A stretch of 64,000 nucleotides of DNA, taken from contig CM059432.1 in assembly GCA_030390025.1 (NCBI GenBank), positions 102,612,001-102,676,000 of the forward strand. Reading direction: 5' to 3'. The DNA comes from Squalus acanthias (taxonomy: Eukaryota). The translations under genes and the position numbers were made by a program. This document shows, piece after piece, positions 1 through 10,318 of this stretch. Every line of letters starts with the position of its first letter. Positions within the stretch are counted from its first letter, which is position 1. The notes under the pieces are model-generated. The model was not told the origin of the DNA. It saw only the letters and a program-made list of their open reading frames with translations, and ran no database searches.

Positions 1-2189
1 TCCTAGTGCCCTTCTCTGGCACGGGACTCAGCAGCCGCCATTTTGGTCAGGGCCTTAGCGAACAGCGCTGGCTCTGGAGAAGTAAATGAAGAGAGTGTGA
101 CATCAGTTGCTGTGCAACACCGACTTGATGCCATGTCTGCGAACTTCGGCCTTAGCGCTAAGTTTAGCGCTGGGTCCTAAGCTTGCTCTGAAAAGCTAGT
201 GTTCAGCAGACTGACAGAGACGCTGTCAGCACTTCTTGAAGGGACTCACACATCTGTCAGGTAAGATTGCATTTAAGCTTTTGGACTGGATTTTTTTGAT
301 GTTATTGAATTAGTGGCTTGCTGCAATACATGGTAAAAGTTTTTGAAGTGTGCAGGGAGTGCATGGAGTACTGCTGGACACTCACAGGACCTCGGATGGC
401 AAAGAAAGGCCTCTGAGAAGACAGAAAATGCTGGAAATATGTGTATTTATAGTAGCATCTGTGGAGAGGGAAAGAGAGTTCACATCGCAGGTTGAGATGC
501 TGCCTGACCTGCTAAGTATTTCCAGCATTTTATGCTTTTATTTCAGATTAACAGCATTCACTCGCAGAGGGAAGAGGAAGACGCAGAAGTGGAGGAAGCA
601 GAAGGAAGGATGCAACCCAGACAGCCCATTTCTAGCCAGGATATCCAGGATGGAATCATCCGCCTGCAGTACCAGTGACAACAACCCCAACTCTGCTTTC
701 AACATTTGCCCCACACCTTACCTTCCCTCTGTTACTGACCATCACAGTGTCCTCTTGGCCACAATACTGAAATAAAAGCCACCACAAAGCAAACTTTCCA
801 ATCCAACATTATACATCTATCCATCCAATATGACATCAAGAAATCAACTCATCACCCTTGTGCATTCCCTTAGTGATTGTCTTGTGTGTGCCTTTGCCTG
901 TCCTACTGATTTCACACAGTGCTTCCCCAGTGGCTGCAGCATGGCTGGTGGAAGGCTGCTGACTTTCAGTGGGGGACACAGCAGATGGCCTTGCAGGATG
1001 ACCTCAAAGAGCAGTGGCTAGGAGTGTGAAATCGAGTGATGGTGTTTCTTCTACTTCTTCTTCTTCACTCTCCTCTCCTTCTTCTTGGATAACCATTGGC
1101 TGGGCCGGCTGGATTTCTTGGGTGTGTGAAATGAGGAAGGCACAAGGGTGAAGTTGTGGTGAGGGGAGGGCAAGAAAGCAAGAGCTGCATGCTTACACCA
1201 TGCACACCTTGTAACTCGGAAGATATTGTGGGATGAGAGGGAAGTGGGATGTAAGAAGGAGGATAACATATGAGGATACCAGCATCTTTCAGCCCTGCTG
1301 CTGGCCAAGGGTTCAGCCATGCACCTGCCAAGAGTGGCCAGCACTGTTTCCCCCAAGGGTGTGAGATGAAGCGAGGAATGGGTGGTGTGCCTCATGTTTG
1401 GTACAGATTGTTGGTAGGTGAGTAATGGGGTGGGGTTGTGCAATGAGCGGTGTGTGAGGCTAGTGGTGCAGTTGGTAGGAGACGGCTTTTGAAGATACAT
1501 TCACTTACCTTGACCAATGGCCTGAGGTTATGAAGCCTCTTTGGGCACTGGAGCCATGTTGTGGGGGCAACGCTGCTGGCAGTGATGGCCTCGGTGATCT
1601 GGTCTCACATCATTCTTTCTGGAGAGCCTCCTGGACCCTGTGGGTAGAGGACCTTTCTTGCAGTGTTAACTCCCTGCACAAAGCTGGAGTGCTGCATGCG
1701 AGACCCTGGGAGCCCCTTCCCTAGCTTGCTGAGCCATTTGTGTTAGTGCTGAAGCACTTTTACAATTTTTTTAGGCGCAGAAGGCAGTTCATCTTTAAGA
1801 GCTGACGACTACCATTTAGGAATTATTTTTAATTTTTTTTTCAGAAGGCAGTTGAGCTGTAAGAGCTAAAAACTGCCTATTTAGAAATGATTTTTTTTTT
1901 CATTTTTGAAGGCAGTTCCCCTTTAAGGGACTGACACTGCTTTCTAAAATGACAGCCTTGCATTAAGACAACGCTGCTCTTGCTTCAGGGACGCTACGGC
2001 CACGCTACATTGGGCCTCCTGCTGAGAGTAGCACTGGAAAACCAGTCTTTCATGGTAGGTTTAATGCTGCGCTAATTTAAATTAGCAGGCAGCACTAAAA
2101 TACCTGCCTGCGCTATGATTTTGGGCGGCCATTAACTGTGGCACATGGTGGCTCAGGCAGCTTTCCGATCCACTGCAATTTCTAGGCCC
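1..2189. mobile_element. Non-autonomous Harbinger-derived element (left end outside window), same family as 26953-29142
   Basis: Colinear similarity to ~27040-28790; ends in a Harbinger-type TIR (…gcaatttctaggccc at 2189); carries a degenerate Myb/SANT exon (~1500-1735, minus) and a captured palindromic Penelope-terminus fragment (~420-560). Confidence 0.75.
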
Positions 2190-2399
2190 GAGTTTCTGAG
2201 CAAGTTCACATCTTGTAGAAACAATAATTATCAAACCATCCAGCCATTACATTTCATTGAATAAATGACCTAGTTAATTATCTGGATTAGAAAAAATGTG
2301 GAAATCAGTATTTGCTGGCACAAATTTGGAGCTGATTTTCATCTACAGGTTCAAATCAGTTCTAAATGGTTATCTGGAACTGGTGCAAACCTTGTCTGG

Positions 2400-2851
2400 T
2401 GCAAATAGCACTCTAGTGTGAGCTCGTGTGCAAGGTGAGTATGAGGAGGGTTTCCCTCTTTGGCATTTTATGATACTCTTTCCAAAGACAGAAGAACACA
2501 TTGCCTGTCCTGAGGTGGCAGCTAGGCTCAACAGTCTGCTCTGCACTCTTGGGAATCCTGTCACTGTGGAAAAATTCTGTGTCCTGTCTAGCCGATGCTT
2601 ACTTCATAAGAAATGTGATGGACATGTTGTCCCTGGCAAACAGGATCTTTGCCACTCGCTTCATGCATTTGTCAATGGTCGACTAACTGATTTAGCGTAT
2701 GGCATTGATATTCTTGGAAGAATTCAATGGCATAAAAGTTTAATGCAGTCGTGACCTTCATGCCTATGAGAAGCAATATGCCTGTGGTGCAGGTTGCTGG
2801 CAGGTTTGCCTCCAGGAGATGCTATATCATGTGGCAGCACCAAAGACAGGT
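2400..2851 (-). pseudogene. Ancient Harbinger transposase remnant
   Basis: Minus strand translates to MKVTTALNFYA..FQ and F..VTGFPRVQ, matching MKVTTALNFFANGTFQ and IAGFPKV of the intact transposase at 39520; frameshifted. Confidence 0.6.
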
Positions 2852-2948
2852 CATAAGAACATAAGAAATAGGAGCAGGAGTAGGCCATTCGACCCTTCGA
2901 GCCTGCTCCATCATTCAATGAGATCATGGCTGATCTTCTGCCTCAACT

Positions 2949-5894
2949 TCATTCACCGGCCCTATCGCCATATCCCTTGATGCCCTTACTAGTCAGAAAT
3001 CTATCGACTTCTATTTTGAATATACCCAATGAGAGAGCCTCCACAGCCCTCTGGGGTAGAGAATTCCAAAGATTCACCACCCTCTGTGTGAAGAAATTTC
3101 TTCTCATCTCTGTCCTGAATGGCCTACCCTTTATCTTGAGGCTGTGGCCCCTGGTTCTAGACTCCCTAGCCAAGGGAAACATTCTCCCAGCATCCACCCT
3201 ATCAAGCCCTGTAATAATTTTGTATGCTTCAATGAGATCCCCTCTCATTCTTCTGAATTCAAGAGAATACAGGCCTAGTTTACTCAATTTCTTCTCATAC
3301 GACAGTCCCGCCATCCCAGGAATCAATCTCGTGAAGCTTCGTTGCACTCCCTCTATGGCAAGTATATCCTTCCTTAGGTAAGGAGACCAAAATTGTACAC
3401 AGTACTCCAGGTGTGGTCTCACCAAGGCCCTATATAATTGGAGTAAGACTTCTTTACTCCTGTACTCAAATCCTCTTGTAATGAAGGCCAGCATACCATT
3501 TGCCTTCCTAATGGCTTGCTGCATCTGCATATTCACTTTCAGTGACTCATGTACAAGGACACCCAGGTCCCTTTGAGCATCTGCATTTCCCAATCTTTCA
3601 TCATTTAGGAAATACTCTGCCTTTCTGTTTTTTCTACCAAAGTGGATAACTTCACATTTATCCACATTATATTCCATCTGCCATGTTCTCGCCTACTCAC
3701 TGAGCCTGTCGAGATCCCCTTGAAGCCTTTTCACATCCTCTTCGCAACTGACACTGCCACCTAGCTTTGTATCATCAGCAAATTTGGAAATGTTACATTT
3801 AGTCCCCTCATCCAAATCATTGATATAGATTGTGAATAGCTGGGGCCCAAGCACCGATCTTTGCGGTACCCTATCAGTCACAGCCTGCCATCCTGAAAAA
3901 GACCAGTTTAGCCCTACTCTTTGTTTTCTGTCTGTTAACTAATTCTCAATCCATGCTGGTATATTACCCCCAATTCCATGTGCCCTAATTTTGTTCACCA
4001 ACCTCTTGCATGAGACCTTATCGAAGGCCTTCTGAAAATCCAGGTACACCACATCTATCAGTTCCCCTTTGTCTACTCCACTAGTTATATCCTCAAAGAG
4101 CTCCAATAGATTTGTCAAACAGGATTTCCCTTTCATAAATCCATGTTGACTCTGCCCAATCTTACTATTAGTTTCTAACTGCCCAGTTATTGCATCCTTT
4201 ATAATAGATTCCAGCATTTTCCCAACTATTGATGTGAGGCTAACAGGTCTGTCGTTTCCCGTTTTCTCTCTCCCTCCTTTCTTAAATAGCGAGGTTACAT
4301 TTGCTATCCTCCAATCTGCAGGAACCGTTCCAGAATCTATAGAATTTTGGAAGATGACAACCAATGCGTCCACTATCCCAATGGCCACCTCTTTCAAAAC
4401 CCTAGGATGTAGGTCATCCGGTCCTTGGGATTTATTGACTTTTAGTCCCATTAATTTTGCTAGTACTGTTTTTTTACAAATAATAATTTCTTTATGTTCC
4501 TCATTCTCGTCACATCCTTGGTTTCCTTGTATTTCTGGGAGGTTTTTTGTGTCTTCCTCTGTGAAAACAGAAACAAAGTACTTATTTAATTTCTCTGCCA
4601 TTTCCTCATTCCCCATTATAAATTCTCCTGTTTCTGACTGCAAAGGACCTACATTTACCTTCACCAGTCTTTTCCTTTTCACATACCTATAGGAGCTTTT
4701 ACAATCCGTTTTTATATGTTTCACTAGTTTGTGCTCATATTCCATTTTCCCTTTCTTTATCAATTTCTTAGTCCTCCTTTGCTGATTTCTAAAAAGATCC
4801 CAATCCTCAGGCTGACCGCTTTTTCTGGCAACTTTATAAGCTTCCTCTTTTGACTTAATATTAGCTTTAATTTCTTTTGTTAGCCATGGTTGGATCACTT
4901 TTCCTTTTGGGTTTTTATAACCTAGAGGAATATATGTTTGTTGCAAATTATGCATTATTTCCTTGAATGTTAGCCATTGTATGTCCACCTTCATACCTTT
5001 TAGTGTAGTCTCCCAATCTACCATGGCCAACTTGTCCCTCATACCCTTGTAGTTTCCTCTGTTTAGATTGAAGACCTTAGTTTCAGATTGGACTACATCA
5101 CTCTCAAACTTAGTGTAAAATTCAATCACATTATGGTCACTTGTCCCTAAAGGCCCCTTTACCACAAGATTATTGATTAGCCCTTTCTCATTACACAGTA
5201 CCAGATCCAGAATAGCCTGTTCCCTGGTTGGTTCCTCCACATACTGATCCAGGAAACCATCTCGCATGCATTCCAAGAATTCGTCCTCCACACCATTAGT
5301 GGTTATTTGATTTGCCCAATCAGTATGTAGATTAAAGTCCCCCATGATTACCGTATTGCCCTTGTTACATGCACTTCTAATCTCTTGATTGATACTGTGC
5401 CCTACATTACCATTACTGTTTGGTGGCCTATATACAACTCCCACCAATGTTTTCCGTCCTTTGCTGTTTCTTAGGTCCACCCAAACTGATTCCAGTTCTA
5501 CATCACGATCTGCCAAGCCAAGATCTTGTATCTCTACCGTACCGATCTCATCCCTTATTAAAAGCGCTACGCCACCTCCTTTTCCTTTTTGTCTGTCCTT
5601 CCTAAATGTTGAGTACCCTGGAACATTCAGTTCCCAGCTTTGGTTACCCTGCAACCATGTCTCTGTAATGGCAATTACATCATACCCATTTACTTCTATT
5701 AGTGCCATTAATTCATCCACCTTGTTGCAAATGCTACGTGCATTTAGATAAAGTGCCTTCAACTTTGCCTGTTTAATATTTTTCTGCACTTTGACCCTCT
5801 TTACTGTTGGCCTTTGTTTCTGCTCCCTACTAGTTTTGCTGACTACTTTTCTAACTTGCACTTCCAGCTTTGTTTCTCTCCGTTCTGGGCCCAC
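2949..5894 (-). pseudogene. CR1 ORF2p (AP endonuclease + reverse transcriptase), in one frame with two premature TAG stops
   Basis: Track ORFs 3939-5894, 3693-3881 and 2949-3677 share one frame; APE motifs (YLNARS, ETW, GDFN, SDH), RT motifs (LDFQKAFD, PQxSVLGP, FADD); stops at Trp codons 3939-3941 and 3693-3695. Confidence 0.92.
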
Positions 5895-5920
5895 ACTTAG
5901 GTTCCCAGCCCCCTGACAAA

Positions 5921-6871
5921 CTAGTTTAACTCCTTTCCAACAGCACTAGCAAACCCCCCTGTGAGGATGTTGGTCCCGTTTCTGCTGAGGTGTAACCCGT
6001 CCAGCTTGTACAGGTCCCACCTTCCCCAGAATCGGTCCCAATGCCTCAGGAATTTAAATCCCTCCCTCCTACACCATCTCTCCAGCCATACATTCATCTG
6101 GTCTATTCTCCTATTTCTGCTCTCGCTAGCATGTGGCACTGGGAGTAATCCTGAGATTACTACCTTTGAGGTCCTGCTTTTTAATTTATTTCCTAGCTCC
6201 CTATATTCTGCTTGCAGGACCTCGTCCCTCTTTCTACCTATGTCCTTGGTCCCGATATGGACCACGACCTCTGGCTGTTCACCCTCCCCCTTCAGAATGT
6301 CCTGCAGCCGCTCAGTGACATCCTTGACCCTGGAACCAGGGAGGCAACATACCATCCTGCAATCACGTCTGTGGCCACAGAAACGTCTATCTGTTCCCCT
6401 TACGATAGAATCCCCTATCACTATTGCTCTCCCACTCTTTTTTCTCCCCTCCTGTGCAGCTGAGCCACTCGTAGTGCCACGGACTTGGCTCTTGCTGCAT
6501 CCCCCTGAGAAACCATCTCCCCCAGCAGTATCCAAAACGGAAAATCTGTTGGAGAGGGAGATGGACCCAGGGGACTCCTGCACTACCTTCCTAGTTCTTT
6601 TATTCAGTCTGGCGGTCACCCATTCCCTGTCTGCCTGTGCACTCTTTACCTGTGGTGTGACCACTTCGTTAAATGTGCTATCCATGAATATCTCAGCCTC
6701 GCGGATGCTCCACAGTGACTTCAGCTGCAGCTCCAGCTCCGAAACGCGGATTTCGAATAGCTGCAGCTGGAGACACTTTCTGCACACGTGTTCACCCTGG
6801 ACACCGAAAGGGTCCCTGACTTGCCACATAGCACAGGAGGAGCACTCCACGCTGCCAAGCTGCCCTGCCAT
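5921..6871 (-). CDS. CR1 ORF1p: zinc finger/leucine zipper plus SGNH esterase-like domain
   Basis: 316-aa open ORF; CxxC…CxxC, LQLQLFEIRVSELELQL zipper, GDSIVR and DGLHL esterase motifs. Confidence 0.92.
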   Translation of the reverse strand: MAGQLGSVECSSCAMWQVRDPFGVQGEHVCRKCLQLQLFEIRVSELELQLKSLWSIREAEIFMDSTFNEVVTPQVKSAQADREWVTARLNKRTRKVVQESPGSISLSNRFSVLDTAGGDGFSGGCSKSQVRGTTSGSAAQEGRKKSGRAIVIGDSIVRGTDRRFCGHRRDCRMVCCLPGSRVKDVTERLQDILKGEGEQPEVVVHIGTKDIGRKRDEVLQAEYRELGNKLKSRTSKVVISGLLPVPHASESRNRRIDQMNVWLERWCRREGFKFLRHWDRFWGRWDLYKLDGLHLSRNGTNILTGGFASAVGKELN

Positions 6872-7100
6872 GTCCTACCCTTAATTTATTCCCTTTACTT
6901 CCTTTAAATTAAAGAATATTAAATACACTAGGGACCTTACTTCACTTTAAACACTACTTACTCTAAACTAGAGACCTTACTTTTACTTTAACGACTGGAC
7001 TGTAGAAATACTCACCAGGTCCTACTTACTAATCAGCTCCTTCCCTTGTGCCGACGTCACTTTTAATCTCTGATGTCACTTTCGAATGTTGCCTGTTGAA

Positions 7101-7410
7101 GTCCGCTCTCGCTGCTGCTCCCCATAGCTCGGTCTGGGCCTCGAGCCTCAGGCTTTATTTCCTCGCTCCTCCTTCGCCTGTTTCCTCACAGGTTGGTCCG
7201 CTCTCGCTGCTGCTCCCCATAGCTCGGTCTGGGCCTCGAGCTTCAGGCTTTATTTCCTCGCTCCTCCTTCGACTGTTCCCTCACAGGTTGGTCCGCTCTC
7301 GCTGCTGCTCCCAATAGCTCGGTCTGGGCCTCGAGCCTTGGGCTTTATTTCCTCGCTCCTCCTTTGCCTGTTCCCTCACAGGTCGGTCCGCTCTCGCTGC
7401 TGCTCCCAAT
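7101..7410 (-). repeat. ~94-bp tandem monomers in the CR1 5'UTR (about 3.3 units)
   Basis: Unit gtccgctctcgctgctgctccc…tcctcgctcctcctt…cctcacagg begins at ~7101, 7196, 7291 and 7386. Confidence 0.9.
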
Positions 7411-7989
7411 CGTTCTGAGATGCCCATGAAGACTCTTTGGGCCAGTAAAATGGGTACTGGGGAACTGATAAGTGCACACATAACTCCATAAATGTTGTAG
7501 CATCTACCTTTCATGTCCCCAAATGAACTCATCATCCTCATCTAAAATGTAAAGCACTATAGCAACTCCTCAAAGGAATTCCAAGTCTCAGTACTTTGAT
7601 AGCAGCAAGTTTAATTGCAGCAGGAAGCAACAGTATTATAGAAAAATATTGGCGATAAAAATCTTACAGTGCATAAATACCACCCTCCATAGCAACAGAA
7701 ACTATTGCAGGGCGCTAAAAGCAACTAAATGTCAATGCTCTTTCTAAAAGCAATACAGGGGTAATTTTCTGTGTTCACACACCGGGGGTGAGGCCCTTAC
7801 AAGTTTTGTAACAATACTAACAATCTACAGGCCAAGGCAGTGAATAGACTTGCGGAGTTTGCCTGTAAAATTTAGCTTGGGAGTTGATTTGCATCATTTT
7901 ATCATTGAAATGAGTCTTGTGCTGACCACCAACCCAGCCTCCATTTGCTGCCGACTTTCGACATTGCAAAATGCAGAGTACGGCAAATC

Positions 7990-8462
7990 AGACTTGTGGG
8001 GCTCGGCTTCCCTGAGAGAGACTCCCCTTGTGGGGCTCGGCTTCCCCTGGTGAGACTCCCCATGTGGGGCTCGGCTTCCCCTGGTGAGACTCCCCTTGTG
8101 GGGCTCGGCTTCCCCTGGTGAGACTCCCCTTGTGGGCCTGTGCTTCCCCGAGTGAGGCTCCCCTTGTGGGCCTGTGCTTCCCCGAGTGTGGCTCCCCTTG
8201 TGGGCCTTTGCTTTCCCGGTGAGACTCCTCTTGTGGGCCTGTGCTTCCCCGAGTGAGGCTCCCCTTGTGGGCCTGTGCTTCCCCGAGTGAGGCTCCCCTT
8301 GCGGGCCTGTGCTTCCCCTGGTGAGACTCCCCTTGTGGGCCTGTGCTTCCCCTGGTGAGACTCCCCTTGTGGGCCTGTGCTTCCCCGAGTGAGGCTCCCC
8401 TTGCGGGCCTGTGCTTCCCCTGGTGAGACTTCCCTTGTGGGCCTGCGGCTCCCCTGGTGAGG
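7990..8462. repeat. 34-bp GC-rich minisatellite, about 14 units
   Basis: Unit ctccccttgtgggcctgtgcttcccc(tggtgaga|gagtgagg); produces spurious 34-aa-periodic ORFs in three frames. Confidence 0.95.
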
Positions 8463-8545
8463 TTCCACGTAGCCACTGGAACCTCACAAAATCAGAGTTG
8501 AGTGGAATAGGAAAGATTGATTTGGGATATACGTCTAGTGTTAAT

Positions 8546-8649
8546 AGGCTAGAAATTCATTATAGCCCAGGAATGGGCAGTAAAATTAGAAAAGTTGGAT
8601 AATTAGAGCCAGGCGCTAATGCTTTCGACTGCACGCAAAATTTATGCTC
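8546..8649. mobile_element. ~104-bp Harbinger-type MITE
   Basis: Ends aggctagaaatt … aaatttatgctc resemble the local Harbinger TIR; flanks aat/act. Confidence 0.5.
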
Positions 8650-8651
8650 AC

Positions 8652-9633
8652 TGGCCACAGAAACGTTTATCTGTTCCCCTTACGAGAGAATCCCCTATCA
8701 CTATTGCTCTCCCACTCTTTTTCCTCCCCTCCTGTGCAGCTGAGCCACTCGTAGTGCCACGGACTTGGCTCTTGCTGCATCCCCCTGAGAAACCATCTCC
8801 CCCAGCAGTATCCAAAACGGAAAATCTGTTGGAGAGGGAGATGGACCCAGGGGACTCCTGCACTACCTTCCTAGTTCTTTTATTCTGTCTGGCGGTCACC
8901 CATTCCCTGTCTGCCTGTGCACTCTTTACCTGCGGTGTGACCACATCGTTAAATGTGCTATCCATGAAGATCTCAGCCTCGCGGATGCTCCACAGTGACT
9001 TCAGCTGCAGCTCCAGCTCCGAAACGCGGATTTTGAATAGCTGCAGCTGGAGACCCTTCCTGCACACGTGTTCACCCTGGACACCGAAAGGGTCCCTGAC
9101 TTGCCACATAGCACAGGAGGAGCACTCCACGCTGCCAAGCTGCCCTGCCATGTCCTACCCTTAATTTACTCCCTTTACTTCCTTTAAATTAAAGAATATT
9201 AAATACACTAGGGACCTTACTTCACTTTAAACACTACTTACTCTAAACTAGAGACCTTACTTTTACTTTAACGACTGGACTATAGAAATACTCACCAGGT
9301 CCTACTTACTAATCAGCTCCTTCCCTTGTGCCGACGTCACTTTTAATCTCTGATGTCACTTTCGAATGTTGCCTGTTGAGGTCCGCTCTCGCTGCTGCTC
9401 CCCATAGCTCGGTCTGGGCCTCGAGCTTCAGGCTTTATTTCCTCGCTCCTCCTTCGCTTGTTCCCTCACAGGTTGGTCCGCTCTCGCTGCTGCTCCCAAT
9501 AGCTCGGTCTGGGCCTCGAGCCTCGGGCTTTATTTCCTCGCTCCTCCTTTGCCTGTTCCCTCACAGGTCGGTCCGCTCTCGCTGCTGCTCCCAATCATTC
9601 TGAGATGCCCATGAAGACTCTTTGGGCCAGTAA
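8652..9633 (-). mobile_element. 3'-truncated CR1 copy (5'UTR + N-terminal half of ORF1)
   Basis: Near-identical to 6372-7448 with one fewer 5'UTR monomer; ORF 8648-9151 matches ORF1p N-terminus. Confidence 0.93.
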
Positions 9634-10314
9634 CTTCTCACTTACTAGCGGCTGGTGTGCTGATGGACTGATCAGGCACACCATGCCGTTCGCTTTGTTT
9701 ACGGCCTTCTTGAGGTGCTCTATCTCCCTTTGGCAGGCGCTATGGTCGGCTCCCTCAAACTTATCCTCAAGGGCCAACTTATATGCCGCCCTAACCCCCG
9801 TTAAGCTCTCTTCTTGAGTTCTTATCTGGGCAGCTTGGCGGTTACATCTTTCCTTTAACCTGCTCTCATTCAACTTCGCCTCAGTGACCTGGCACTCGAG
9901 ATAATCTATCCTTGTTTTAAGGTGACTGGAGATTTCCTGGCTTTCTTGGTGCAACTCATTTAAATTCTTAATGAGCACTTCCCCTCCAGAAACCTTCTCA
10001 TCCATTTCTCCCTCTAAATGACTGATTCGAGCTACTAGCGCTGTAATGGTCTGGTTTGAAATCTGAACCTGCCTTTTGTAACACATAAGCCAGACTGCTT
10101 TCTCAAGTGTCTTTCTATGTTCTTTACTATCTGTCCACCTTTCGGCTGCCTCTAACGGGCTTTTATCCGCTAACAATTCACTTATCCATTTCTTAGTTAG
10201 ATTAACCTTTCCGAACACATAATCTGCTATCTTTTCCTGCATAACATTTCGTACAGTCATTCCAAAGTCTAACACACTACCCTCTCGCTGCCAGTGTCCT
10301 GCCGCGGTCGCCAT
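9634..10314 (-). CDS. Truncated Gag-like, coiled-coil-rich first ORF of an LTR element
   Basis: Open frame starting at the PBS directly after the LTR; long heptad-rich helical stretch; last 12 aa of track ORF 9595-10314 come from the inserted CR1 5' end. Gag identity is inferred from position only. Confidence 0.65.
10296..10313 (-). promoter_or_regulatory. Primer-binding site complementary to tRNA-Arg(TCG) 3' end
   Basis: Minus strand TGGCGACCGCGGCAGGAC, 18 nt, complementary to …GUCCUGCCGCGGUCG-CCA of vertebrate tRNA-Arg(TCG) as I recall it; 5 nt downstream of the LTR terminal CA. Confidence 0.85.
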
Positions 10315-10318
10315 TTTC

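Larger units (their letters stand above)
2852..7448 (-). mobile_element. Full-length CR1 LINE (5'UTR, ORF1, ORF2, 3'UTR with (TTCTTATG)n-type tail)
   Basis: Both ORFs present; 3' tail cataagaacataagaa at 2852; 5' end defined by identity with a second copy ending at the same ggccagtaa motif (7448 / 9633). Confidence 0.95.

Noticed and set aside
3693..3941. Programmed readthrough or APOBEC editing to explain two TGG>TAG stops in ORF2
   Set aside because: Other CR1 copies have Trp at these sites; two events are too few to separate from ordinary mutation
5961..6884. Long antisense ORFs over CR1 and Penelope coding regions (also 2926-3381, 4234-4692, 36269-37270)
   Set aside because: Shadow frames of the real ORFs with no independent motifs
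7894..8487. Repetitive 160-200 aa ORFs, and a CRISPR-like look of the repeat array
   Set aside because: These are translations of a stop-free 34-bp minisatellite; units are contiguous with no unique spacers and there are no cas genes
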